DNA from: Mustelus asterias
Taxonomy: Eukaryota
Direction: 5' to 3'
Length of the DNA: 64,000 nt
Assembly (NCBI RefSeq): GCF_964213995.1
Contig: NC_135830.1
Coordinates: 11,842,001 to 11,906,000 of the forward strand
In this document: piece by piece, positions 35,601 to 48,011 of the stretch
Layout of the letters: the number at the start of each line of letters is the position of its first letter
Position numbering within the stretch: position 1 is the first letter of the stretch
Made by a program: the position numbers and the translations under genes
The notes under the pieces: generated by a model
Told to the model about the DNA's origin: nothing
Seen by the model: only the letters and a program-made list of their open reading frames with translations
The model's database searches: none

Positions 35601-37157
35601 TCCCACTTCCCTGACAAATTAGTTTAAAACCCCCTGAAGAGCCGTAACACATTTCCCTCCTCGGATATTGGTGCCCCTCTGGTTCAGGTGCACCCCGTCC
35701 TGTTTGTACAGGTCCCACCTTCCCCAGAATGTGTTCCAATTATCCACGTATCTGAAACCCTCCCTCCTACACCATCCCTGCAACCACATGTTTAACTGCA
35801 CTCTCTCCCTGTTCCTCAACTCGCTATCACGTGGCACCGGCAACGTACCAGAGATGACCACATGTTTTGTCTTGGCTCTCAGCTTCCAGCCCAGCTCCAG
35901 AAATTCCTGCTTTAAAATACCCGTCCCTTCGCTTACCTATGTCATTGGTACCAATGTGTACCACGACTTGTGACTGTTTCCCCTCCCCCTTCAGAATCTG
36001 GAAAACACGGTCTGAGACTTCACGGACCTTGGCATCCGGTAGGCAACATACCATCCGTGAGTCTCTTTTGCTGCCACAGAACCTCCTATCTATCCCTCTA
36101 ACTAACGAGTCCCCAATAACTATTGCCCTCCCGCTCTGCCCCTTACCCTCCCGAGCCACAGAGACGGACACAGTGCTGGGGATCCTCTCACTGCGGCTCA
36201 CCACTGGTATGTCATCCCCCTCAACCGTATCCAAAACGGAATACTTGTTGCTCAGGGGAACGACCACCGGGGATCCCTGCACGGACTGCTTCCTCCCAGC
36301 CCCTCTCACCGTCACCCATCTGTTTTCATTCCTCGGAGTAACTGTATTCCTAAAGCTTCTGTCTATGGCCACCTCTGCGTCCCTAATGATCCTAAGTTCA
36401 TCCAACTCCAGCTCCAGTTCCCTAACACGGTTTTGGAGGAGCTGCAGATGGGTGCACTTCCCACAGGTGTAATCAGCAGGGACACTGTCGTCGTACCTCA
36501 CCTGAAACATAGTGCAAGAGGAACATAGCACTGCCTGCACACCCATCCCCTCTAGATACCTTGCCAGTATCAGGTAGAAAGTGCAAAAATGAATTCAAAC
36601 TCACCCCTGCTCGCCCTTTCTGCCTAAGCCCTGTGAGCCAAAGCCTTATAGCTCACACTCTGCTTCCCACTCACTCCCCGCCCGCTCCCGATGCTGCCCG
36701 CTGTATACTGCAGCCTATCTTTTATACTTCGCGCGCTTAAAAAACCCTTCCCAGACTCCTTAGCAGCCCACTTCCAGTTTTCACTTGAAACTTAAAATTC
36801 TACTGCAAAAGTAAAGGCCAAAAAAAAACACGCACGAGCTGACAAATTAAATAAATAAACAATTCAATTAATCTCTCACCAGCACTGCTGCCTCCAATCA
36901 CTCCCTCTCAGCTTGCTCCAGTGGAACAATGAGGGGGAACCTCCCAGGTAACCGACTTTTAAAGTTAAAATAAAAACCCTTCCCAGACTCCTTAGCAGCC
37001 CACTTCCAGTTTTCACTTTAAACTTAAAATTCTACTGCAAAAGTAAAGGCCAAAAAAAACCACACACTAGCTGACTAATTAAATAAATAAACAATTCAAT
37101 TCATCTCTCACCAGCACTACTGCCTCCAATCACTCCCTCTCAGCTTGCTCCAGTGGA
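32646..37157 (-). mobile_element. Near full-length CR1 LINE, inactivated by frameshifts and stops
   Basis: ORF1, then APE endonuclease + RT in pieces (34651-35628, 34436-34768, 34182-34439, 32727-34181); tail TTCTATG; duplicated 5' region. Confidence 0.95.
35619..36546 (-). pseudogene. CR1 ORF1 (Zn-finger/coiled coil + SGNH esterase), one frameshift near 35900
   Basis: CxxC..CxxC, heptad region, IVIGDS, VHIGTNDI, DGVHLN. Confidence 0.88.
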
Positions 37158-38249
37158 CCATCAGTTTATTGGTATCACGGGTGACAGTTGTGATTACAGG
37201 AAATATCTTTGTCAAGGGGCAATACTTCACACGACGGGACATTTAGGGAGGAGCTTGCATCCACATTCCAGGCTTTATGGCAAAGAGGTTTACTTTTTTT
37301 TTCTATTCATTCATGGGACATGGGCACCGCTGGCTGGCCAACATTTCTTTGCGCATCCCTATTTGCTCTTGAAGAGAAGTTGAGAGTCAACTACGTTACT
37401 GTGTGGGCAAGGACGCAGATGTCCTTCCTGAAAGGACATTAATGAACCAGTTGCTTTTCCAACAATCAACAATGGCTTCATGGTCATTAGTAGATTCTTA
37501 ACCGCCGACTTTTTTTATTGAATTCAAGTTCAGCTGCCATGGCGGGATTCGAACCCTGGCCCGCAGAAGATTAGCTGAATTTTTGAATTAATATTCCTGC
37601 GACAATGAAATGAGGTCATCGCCCCCACTGTACATTGTATTTCATAGTCCATTGAAGCTGGCTCGTCCGAAGAAAGAGGCTAATATTGAGTTCAATAAGA
37701 TTAGTTCCTCGACGTGTCATAAACATATTTTGTGATACTTTGTTGATTTTGAGAACTGATTCTTATCCCCTGTCTTATTCTTATCCCCAGTGGAAATTAT
37801 CTGGTAAGTACCCGATTCTTGCATTCCTTTATTCGTGTTCGTGCCAGATTGACAAAACTTCCTGATAAAGAATTGAACCTTGCAGCCTCCCTCTGTGTAA
37901 ATAATAATTCCTGCATTACAGTATCGACTGCACTTGAAATCAAATCCATTGTCTGTAAAATGCATTTGGAGACCCTGAGTATGTAATATTAGGTTCAAAA
38001 ATTAGGGTCAATGCTGTGACAAACTTCCAGAGATGAATTAGTTTGAAGGACAGGACTAAGGTAGTCAATATTACACTGACATTGCACTAATTAGAAACAT
38101 ATGTTTTCATTGTAGTTTGTCAATTTACACTGGTGTTGTGCCCTACCAACTAATTGCGCGTGTGTATAATGAACTACATAAGTATTACATGACATGCTAG
38201 CCTGTATAATGTTTAGACGGTCTTACTTTCAAAAAAACAGAGACAAATG

Positions 38250-38626
38250 GTGATCTTATAGAGGCCTATAAAATAATGAGGGGCGTAGATGAGGGAGGTA
38301 GTCAACATCTTTTCCCAAAGGTAGAGGAGTCTAAAATTAGAGAGCAAACGTTTAAGTTGAGAGGGGAGAAATACAATAGGGCCCAGAGCGGCACTTTTTC
38401 ACTCAGAGGGTGGTGAGTTTCTGGAACGAGCTGCCAGAGGTAGTAGTAGAGGCGAGTACAATTTTGTCTTTTAAAAAGCATTTCGACAGTTACTTGGGTA
38501 AGATGGGTATGGAGCGAGCTGAGACAACCGTGGGCAATTGGGACTAGCTTAGAGGTAAAAACTGGGCGGCATGGACAAGTTAGGACGAAGGGGCTGTTCC
38601 AAGCTGTCAACCTCTATGACTCTATA
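38250..38626 (+). mobile_element. CR1 3' fragment
   Basis: Same subfamily as 13204-13602; CTCTATGA tail. Confidence 0.8.
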
Positions 38627-39287
38627 ACACAATTCTTAATGTTTGCAATTGCACACATTGGTTATACTGCACTTGACACTGTCTCATTTAGTGTTGAACA
38701 AGGCCTTGCCTTTGTTTAAATCAGACAAGATCGAGTTCAGTTACCAGTGTATTTGAGACAATGACTCTTCTCATAGCCTGAGTCTCTGTCTCAGTCTTAA
38801 ATGAAGCAGAAAGCGCTCCGGTTCGAATTAGATCAGTCCCTACGTTTGGTATGAAAATAGTAAAGCTTGTCTGAATTTCATTGCACTCAATAGTTTTAAA
38901 GGAGATTTGATCCTGTTTGTGATTGCATCATGGTATATTTGGGATTAGTAACAGTGTTTTGTTTCTATTATTCGACAATATCCCCTGTCACTGTTCATAT
39001 TGCAGGAGGCCAAGTGTGATGCATACCAACCGCACACCCCGCCCCCCCCCCACCCCGCCTCCTCGACTCCCAACACCATTCACACTCAGTCGGCAAACAA
39101 TGAATGGATAGGTGGCATTCAGGGATCCAAATGGGATTTGGATATGCCACTGCAAAATCTGTCTGCAGCATTTCTTTAAAAAGCACTTCATGCACTGTTG
39201 ATGACGGTTCGGGAGGTCTCAGGTCATGAATAACGCGGTTGACATGCAGAAAAGGAGGAAAGAAAGAAGGAAAGGAAGCGGGAAAGA

Positions 39288-39435
39288 NNNNNNNNNNNNN
39301 NNNNNNNNNNNNNNNNNNNNNNNNNNNNNNNNNNNNNNNNNNNNNNNNNNNNNNNNNNNNNNNNNNNNNNNNNNNNNNNNNNNNNNNNNNNNNNNNNNNN
39401 NNNNNNNNNNNNNNNNNNNNNNNNNNNNNNNNNNN
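39288..39435. other. Assembly gap (148 N) within a GA-rich microsatellite
   Basis: Run of N. Confidence 0.99.
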
Positions 39436-39999
39436 AAGCGGGAAAGAAAGAAAGAGAGAAAGAAATAAATGTAGGAACCACAGCAACAAACGTGAACTGA
39501 CGAAGAACACTGTCCCCTCCCACCCGCCCCGCCCCCATCCCCCACACCTCCCCCCCCCCCACCCTTCCCCCTCCCCCGCCCCCATCTCCTCCACAAGAAA
39601 ATGGTAATGAGAGAAATAAGCAGACACTGATTTTCGTGGTGTTAAATGAGAATGCACAAAATCGGGTTTTAATATTACAACATCACATTTGAGAGGGCAA
39701 ACACAGAACGTGGCTTCGCATCTCATCCAGTATTTGGACCACGCATCAGTTCAGGACTCCTTCAATATTGACAACACGGAACACTTTGTGCAACAGGAAA
39801 TGCCCTAAATACATGAAGGGTGGGATGTTGAACGTGGGACTTATAAATTCCTGTGTGTGTGTGTGTGTGTGCGCGCGTGAGAGAGACACAGAGAGAGAGA
39901 GCGACAGAGAAAGACAGAGACAGACAAACAGATAAAGAGAAACGGAGAGACAGAGGCAGCTACACACTGGGCTACTCTGATGTTCCTGGGAAATAATTG

Positions 40000-40910
40000 T
40001 TAATTTTTCCACTGTTTAAACCCACCAGTGAGCATGGTGAAGGGACAGATCAGCAATTTCTTCAGCTCCTCTCTGAACTTGTTCTGGGCCACTGCATAGA
40101 TGAAGACATTGTTGCAGGAACTGAGTGACTGGAACATGTTAGTTGCCTCTTGAAGGATATAGTCTGGACTATTGAAATCCAGGCTGGTGAGGTAGCCCGC
40201 ACTTGCGAGCCGTGCATAGAGGAAATGTCCGACATAGGTAGCCCACAGGAGAAGAAAACTGAGCGAGATGGCGAAGAGCAGGACAATGGACTTCCTGCGG
40301 TTTTCCATCTCCGGATCTCCCTGGTTCTCGTTGCCCCGGAGTCTCCTGCGGGCACTGCTGGCCGCTAAGATGTGTCTTACAGTCAGGGCGTTGAGTAGCA
40401 GAATGAGGAGGAACGGAAGAAGTGGGGTTAAGATTTTGTCCAGCCAGTCATAGGCCAGCCAGGCTGGAGCTGTGTAGAAGGTGACCTTCATGTCGCAGAA
40501 CCAGGGCACCCCATCCAGGATGTACAAGGGCTGGTAGACAAAGTAGTAAGGGAAGTTTTCCACACAGCTGAGGGCACAGACTATCCCTATAACCCGCAAT
40601 GCTGTTTTGTCGGCGCAGTATCTGGTCTTCAGGCTGTGACAGCAGATGGCCACGAAACGGTCGATGGTGAAAGCCACAGTCAGCCAAACTGAACCATCCC
40701 GAGTCGCAAAGGCCAGCAAGGCACTGACTCTACATGCGGGGGTGGTGGATAGGACACTGTTAGAAAAGTAGATGCGTCCGATCCGATTGAGGATGACGGC
40801 AGTGATGATGACCAAGAAATCACTCACCGCTATCGCCACCAGGTAGTAGGTGATGCACCGGGAGAGTCCACACCGCTCTCGGCATAAGATTACAATCGCC
40901 AATAAGTTCG
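40000..40910 (-). CDS. GPR139/GPR142-like class A GPCR, exon 2
   Basis: Acceptor CTCTCACAG; ANLLAIVIL..CGLSRCITYYLVAIAVSD, SVWLTVAFTIDRFVAICC, DPEMENRRKSIVLL; open to the stop. Confidence 0.9.
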
Positions 40911-41645
40911 CTGTGAGAGGTAAAAAGAGTGAAAAGCTACAGGGCAGAATCCAAAAACCAATTACTGACTCATCGAATCAGTTACCGAATCCGTCCTTAT
41001 CTTACCTTTTGCCACCCCCAGACTCTAGTAGTTGGCATTCGTTCAATATCCAATGCTGAACTAAACATGTGTCATTGTAGAAAGTATTGCAATCTGAGCC
41101 CGCCACAAACTCTGTTTCCTGGTCAGCTCGCGATTAGTTACCCAACTTCAGCTCATTCCAAACAATTGTTACTGATGCCGTTATTCACAACAGGCCCAGT
41201 ACATCAATCAAGTCTATGCTCGCTAATTTTTTATTGATTCCCAGTCCAGCAGTGTCTCGTTTTTAATAATCTCATCCTCCTCATCTTTAAATATCTCCAT
41301 AGTCTCGTCATTCCAGGTCCCTGCAGCTTCCTGCAGCCAACTGAGTTCACAGTTTACCTCCAACTCTGTCCCCTTGTGTGTCCCTGATGTTTATCCAGCC
41401 TTTGGCAGTAGTTACAGCTTTAGCTGTCGAGGCCCTATTATCTGGAACTTCCGCTATCAACGGTTGTTTCTCGCCATCCCTCTTTAGGACGTTCATAATT
41501 CTTTGATCAAATTTTGTGTGAACTATCTACTTATGTCCTTCGGTTTTAAATGTCTTTGTGAAAGTTCTCCCCATACGTACAGCAGTGGCTGAAGAAACAA
41601 GAGCAGCTTTACCTTTTCCATCTGCAATCACAGATGATTAATAAT

Positions 41646-41951
41646 GGGTGACATGGTGGCACAGTGGTTATCACTGTTTCCTCATAGTGACAGGAATCCG
41701 GGTTAAATTGTGAGATACTGTGTGGCGTTTGTACGTTCTCCTCGTGTCTGCATGGGTTTCCTCTGGGTGCTCCTGTTTCCTCCCACAGTCCAAAGATATG
41801 CGGGTTAGGTTAATTGGCCATGCTAAATTGCCCCTTAATATCAAGTGTACCAGCAGTGTTATTACGAGAAGTTAAAGGGATAGGGCCAGGTGGGAATATG
41901 GTCGGTGGAGCCTCGATGGGCCGAATGGCCTCCTTCTGAATCAATGGTTCT
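41646..41951 (+). mobile_element. HE1-like SINE in the GPCR intron
   Basis: Same head, core and tail as 15543-15830. Confidence 0.78.
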
Positions 41952-42092
41952 AAATGTTGACCTTGTCACGGACACCCACAAAAATATCCAAAATAAAAAT
42001 CAAATGTAGAAAATCTATCAGCACAAGAAAAACCTGCATAGCAGATTTAAACTCTTGATTATCCATTCATCCCTTTGAAACCTTTATATTCA

Positions 42093-44080
42093 ACACGGAT
42101 TCATGAAGGGTCAGTCTTGCCTCACAAATTTGATTGAATTCTTTCAAGAGGTAGCTACGTGTGTAGATGAAAGTAGAGCAGTTGATGTCACATACATGGA
42201 TTTTAGTAAGGCGTTTGGTCAGGTCCCCCATGGTTGGCACATGAAGAAAGTAAGGAGGTGTGGGATGGAGGGAAATTTGGCCGATTGGATTACTAACTGG
42301 CTATCTCATAGGAGTGGAGATGCCGGCGTTGGACTGGGGTAAACACAGTAAGAAGTTTAACAACACCAGCTTAAAGTCCAACAGGTTTATTTGTAGCAAA
42401 AGCCACACAAGCTTTTGGAGCCCCAAGCCACTTCTTCAGGTGAGTGGGAATTCTGTTCACAAACAGGGCATATAATGGTGCCCTGTTGATGAATTAACAC
42501 TGCTTGACAATCACCAGGCAAGACTGTTCTCTTCCTGTTGGGGAGCACTTCAGCGGTCGCGGGCATTCGGCCTCTGATATTCGGGTAAGCGTTCTCCAAG
42601 GCGGCCTTCACGACACACGACGGCACAGAGTCGCTGAGCAGAAACTGATAGCCAAGTTCCACACACATGAGGACGGCCTCAACTGGGATATTGGGTTCAT
42701 GTCACACGATTTGTAATCCCCACAGCTTGCCGGGACCTGCAGAGTCTCACTGTCTGGAGACAATACACATCTCTTTAGCCTGTCTTGATGTTCTCTCCAC
42801 TCACATTGTTTATATCTTAAAGACTGGATTAGCTGTAAGTATTCGCAATCCAACCATTATTCATGTAAATTGAGTTTGTGTCTTTACATGCCCTGTTTGT
42901 GAACAGAATTCCCACTCACTTGAAGAAGGGGCTTGGGACTCCGAAAGCTTGTGTGGCTTTTGCTGCCAAATAAACCTGTTGGACTTTAACCTGCTGTTGT
43001 TAAACATCTTACTGTATCTCATAGAAGACAGAGGGTCGTGGTGGATGGAAAATTTTCAGACTGGAGACCAGTTACCAGCGGTGTCCCACAGGGATACAAC
43101 AGTACTGGGTCCTCTGCTATTTGTGTTTTTTTATCAATGACTTGGAGGAGGGGGCTGAAGGGTGGATCAGTAAATTTCCTGATGACACCAAGATTGGTGG
43201 AGTAGTGCATGAGGTGGAGGGCTGTTGTAGGCTGCAAAGAGACATTGATAGGATGCAGAGCTGGGCCGAAAAATGGCAGATGGAGTTTAACCCTGATAAG
43301 TGCGAGGTGATTCATTTTGGTTGGACAAATTTGAATGCGGATTACAGGGTCAACGGTCGGGTTCTGAGGAATGTGGAGCAACAGAGATCTTGGGGTTCAT
43401 ATCCACAGATCTCTGAAGGTTACCACGCAAGTGGTTAGAGCCGTGAAGAAGGCCTATAGTGCGTTTGCATTTATTAACAGGGGATTTGAGTTTTCAGAGC
43501 TGTGGGGTTATGCTGCAACTGTACAGGACCTTGGTGAGACCACATTTGGAATATTGTGTGCAGTTCTGGCCACTTCACTATTAGAAGGATGTGGAAGCAT
43601 TGGAGAGAATGCAAAGGAGATATACCAGGATGCTGCATGGTTTGCAGCGTAAGTCTTATGAGGAAAGATTGAGGGTGCGAGGGCTTTTCTCTTTAGAGCG
43701 GAGGAGGATGAGAGCCGACTTAATAGAGGTTTATAAGATGATGAGAGGGATAGATAGAGTGGACGTACAGAGACTATTTCCTCGGGTGGATGTAGCTGTT
43801 ACTAGGCGGCATGACTGTAAGGTTCATGGTGGGAGATGTAGGAGGGATGTCCGGGGTAGGTTCTTTACTCAGAGAGTGGTTGTGGTGTGGAATGGACTGC
43901 CTGCCGTGATCGTGGAGTCAGACACTTTCGGAACTTGCAAGCAGTTATTGGATAGGCACACGGAGCACACCAGAATGATAGGGAGTGGGATAGCTTGATC
44001 TTGGTTTTGGTCAAAGCTCGGCACAACATCGACGGCCGAAGGGCCTGTACTGTGCTGTACTGTTCTGTGTTTCTATGTTT
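42093..44080 (+). mobile_element. 5'-truncated CR1 interrupted by a PLE
   Basis: HGFMKGQSCLTNL...WLSH|RRQRVVVDG; C-terminus RMIGSGIA as in the 32.7-kb element. Confidence 0.9.
42312..43014. mobile_element. PLE fragment with inverted pLTRs
   Basis: 42312-42473 is a minus-strand tail; 42505-43014 is a plus-strand GIY-YIG C-terminus + pLTR; TSD TATCTCATAG (42302-42311, 43015-43024). Confidence 0.9.
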
Positions 44081-44675
44081 CTTTCCTTAATTAATTCCTA
44101 TGACTACATTAATATTGGGGGCTGCCCAGTGATAAATCAGTGTATTGTAACTATTAAATCATTGCAGACGCCGCACTGCAAATTCTTGCAATCACGACAT
44201 GATTTTTTAAAATATTCGATCTCATCTAATTCAAAGAATGCAATAGTTGATTCACCAATAAATCACGGCACGAAAATGCACGGTACTTCCAAAATAACAT
44301 TCCGAACACCAGCGAATTTCACAACATTTAATGAAACTCAAAGTTCGACAATATAACAGATGCAAAGTCATCAAATATAGTGCAAATTAGGCCACCCAAT
44401 TAAATGCATTTCTATCTTTGTGCAGCAGAATAAATTGAATCATGTCTTGGAATAGTCCATGATTCAATCAAGTAAAGCATAGAATTTACCAATATACGGT
44501 ATAATATCAAATAAGGCGCCTATATACATATGTTGGTACCCCGTTGAAGTTCCTTAAACTCATCAGTGCTAAATAGCATAATGAGCCCGTTCCTGAAAGA
44601 GAAGAGCCCAAATTATTGTGGTTTTTTTTAAAAAACGATACAACTTAAATAACTTTTTTGAGTTCCATTTCTTAC

Positions 44676-44745
44676 CAGGGACACCTATAGCAGCAAGAAT
44701 AGGGTAGTAAATGGCATAGAAGAGACCTTTCGCTGGTCCGTGCAT
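44676..44745 (-). CDS. GPR139/GPR142-like GPCR, coding exon 1
   Basis: ATG...MHGPAKGLFYAIYYPILAAIGVP + G|GTAAG; phase 1 joins exon 2 to give 326 aa. Confidence 0.85.
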
Positions 44746-45239
44746 CGTCTCTCAGAAACTAAAGGGTTTTCAGAAACTTAAAACTTTGCTCTGTGACACA
44801 TTCAAAGAGTCCCTCATTTATTCTGAATGAGAGTCTCCGGGGGAACAATTAGGTAACAACCTGCTCCTTAGTTACACTTTGGTAAACAAACAGATTAACT
44901 CACCATTTCACGTCTTCCACTTGCCATAATGGCAACATGGATGATTACATTTTGCACTTGGACCGACTCAGGATTTTGTGCTTTGCCCGTCTCCACAAAC
45001 CCATGGCTTTGTGTCCCCTCCAAGTGGAATGGATGGCGGCAGATACTGAACTGTGGTCCGATATTTAACTAAAAATCGTCACTTCCATTCTCTGACACGC
45101 TACCAACTATTTACTGTTTTTAGGTGCCAGATCAGTTCTTGCATTTGGTTTATTCATCAGTGCATAATGCTCCCAAAATATTTCAATATATCTACAACTA
45201 TACTATTACAAATCAGGACTTGGTAACATGGCGGGGGGT

Positions 45240-45921
45240 CTATTCAGCTGGAGATAATTTCATTTAAATTCTGGGCCATATGGGAATTGCAGGACGCTTC
45301 CTTAGATTGCATCTGGCTTCCTTGTATAGGTCAGGGTCGCCTGACTTGAACGCCTCAGACCGAGAATTCAGCAAGCAGTGGATATCCCTGTTCAACCATG
45401 GTTTCCGGTTGGGAAACACTCAAATTTTCCTCTTTGGCACACACTCTTCTATACACTTACAAATGAAGTTAGTTACTGTAGTGGTGTACGCGTTCAGGCT
45501 AGTCGCAAAGTTTTTCAAAACTGACTAGCCTACTGACTCTAAGCAGCCCCATAGGAGATCATCTGATTCCTCAGACCAACATTGCATGACTTTCTTTGAT
45601 GGATTCTCCCGCTTCAGTTTTTGCTTGTAAGTCGGGAGCAGGAACACAGCCTTGTAGTCTGATTTGCCAAAGTGTGGGCGGGCGATAGAGTGGTAGGCAT
45701 GTTTGATATTTGTGTAGCAGTGGCTCAGGATGTTTGGGCTTCTGATGGAACAGGAGATGTGTTGGCGGTAACTTAGTAGTACGCTCTTGAGCTTGGTCTG
45801 ATTGAAGTCCCCGGCCACGCTGAATAAGGCCTCGGGATGTTTCATCTCAAAGCTATTTTTAGTGATGTATATTACATCCAGCGCGATCTTCAAATCCACA
45901 TGGGGTGGGATATAATGGTCC
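45240..45921 (-). mobile_element. LINE endonuclease fragment (Rex1/Babar-like)
   Basis: YIPP, VAGDFNQ, HCYTNIK, RPHFGKSD motifs. Confidence 0.7.
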
Positions 45922-46109
45922 ACAGCAACTACAATTGCCTGTTCAGAATTTCTATCCTGGACTGAATGTGACTAATTTTGTAAACATCGTTTACAAGTGA
46001 TGTGAGGAAACATCACATCCAAATCAGACAGAGTCTCGGTTTATTAGGACCTGAATATCCTCAGAATTTGAACGTGGAATGCGAAAAGTTTGTCTGTTCT
46101 GCCTGGAAG

Positions 46110-47225
46110 AGAAGATGTTAAACATCAGTGTGACTGAAAAGCGAGTAAGAGTGATCCAGTGATCTGACTCTGGAAAGAGCTTTAACCAGTTACACAGGCT
46201 GAAAATAATCACACCATTCACAGCGACGAGAAACTGTACACGTGTTCTGTGTGTGGACGAGGCTTAAACTGATCATGCAACCTGGTGAGGCACATGGACA
46301 TCAGCACCATGGAAAAACAATGGAAATGTGAGGACTGTGGGAAATGATGCAGTTACATTTCCCTGCTGGAAAGCCATTGCCGCAGTCACACTGGAGAGAG
46401 GCCATTCACCTGCTCTATGTGTGGGGAGGGATTTATTCAGTCAGCTGGGCTTTGGTCTCAAAAGCAGATTCACACTGAGGAAGAAACATTCATCTGTACT
46501 TCCTGTGGGAAGAGATTCAGACACTCTTCAGCACTCACTGTGCACCAAAGCACTCAAACTGTGGAGAGGCCTTTCAATTATTGCGTGTGTGGGAAGGAAT
46601 TCACTCAGTCATTCCACCTGCTGTCGCACCAGGGAATTTATGCTGGGAGAGGCCATTTGCCTGCCCCGAGTATCTGAAGGGATTGAGTGGGTCATCCCGC
46701 TTACTGTCACACCAGAGAGTTCACATGGAGGAGCAACCATTCAGCTGCACTGGCTACGGAAAGAGTTTCAGACAGGCATCCTCTCTTGTTGCACACCAGC
46801 GAAATCACACTGGACAGAGACCGTTTACTTGCTTTGTGTTTGGAAAAGATTCACAGTTTCACCAACCCTGCTGAGACACCAGCGAATTCACACTGAAGAG
46901 AAGACATTCAGCTGTTTTGACTGTGGAAAGAATTTCAGGCAGTCATCCAACCTCACTGCTCACCGACACACACACTGCAGAGACCATTCACATGCTCCGT
47001 GTGCAGGAAGGGATTCAATCGGTCATCCAGCCTCTCTGCTCACCAGCGGGTTCACAGAGAGAGAGGCCGTTCACTTGCTCTGTGTTTGGAAAGGGATTCG
47101 CAAATTCTTTCAATTTGCTGGCTCACCAACATACACACACTAAGAGGGCATTCAACTGTTCTGTGTGTGAGAAGGGATTCACTCAGTCTGAATGGCTCCT
47201 AAGACATCAACAGGTTCATAAGTGA
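46110..47225 (+). pseudogene. C2H2 Kruppel-type zinc-finger pseudogene
   Basis: Repeated C..CGK.F.....L..HQR.HT(G)E(R/K)PF units spread over three frames, with stops and lost Cys/His. Confidence 0.88.
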
Positions 47226-47641
47226 CTGCAGGGGTTGGATTCTGCTATCATTGCTGCTGTTCAGTATTGATAGTCTGACAATAATTTATTTCTACTGATG
47301 TTAACAAAGCCTATAACTTGCTGGGATTTAATATTCTGGAAGTGTCACTGATTTTCGGTGCTGCAATGTCGCTTTTTAAAAGCAACACCTGTGATCTCCT
47401 CCCTTAACTGAAGATCTCGCAACAGAAATCTGCTTAGAATAAAATTATGAACTTTTGCTTCAATTCCAATTTGATCTTTGGAGCAATTTAGTATCTGAAA
47501 GATTCATCTGCAGGGGACAAAGTATTGATTTTCAATGCTCTTATTGAGATTTTCTCGAGTGCTACTCTTTGATTTTTAAGGACTATGTTTTGATTTCCAG
47601 AGAATCTTTTTCCATTCTCACCAATTCCTTTAGTAGTAGTA

Positions 47642-48011
47642 ATAGAGGTGTATAAAATTATGAAAGGCATAGAAAGGGCGAACGGTGGGAAGCTTTTTCC
47701 CAGATCGGTGGTGACGTTCACGAGGGGTCATAGGTTCAAGGTGAGGGGGGGCGGGGGGCGGGGGGGGGGGAGGTTTAACACGGATATCAGAAGGACGTAT
47801 TTCACACAGACGGTGGTAGGGGCCTGGAATGCGCTGCCGGGCAAGCTGGTGGAGGCGGACACACTGGGAACGTTTAATATTTATCTAGATAGCCACATGA
47901 ACGGAGTGGGAATGGAGGGATACAAAAGAATGGTCTAGTTTGGACTAGGGAGCGGGCTTGGAGGGCCGAAGGGCGCGTTTCTGTGCTGTATTGTCCTTTG
48001 TTCTTTGTTCT
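47642..48011 (+). mobile_element. CR1 'B'-subfamily 3' fragment (short 3'UTR)
   Basis: YKIMKGI...GMEGYKRMV; TTCTTTG tail. Confidence 0.85.

Noticed and set aside
33481-36472. Plus-strand ORFs of 100-200 aa opposite the CR1
   Set aside because: Antisense shadows of LINE coding frames; the same applies to those opposite the other CR1 and PLE ORFs.
38995-39726. ORFs up to 243 aa
   Set aside because: They span the N gap and low-complexity sequence.
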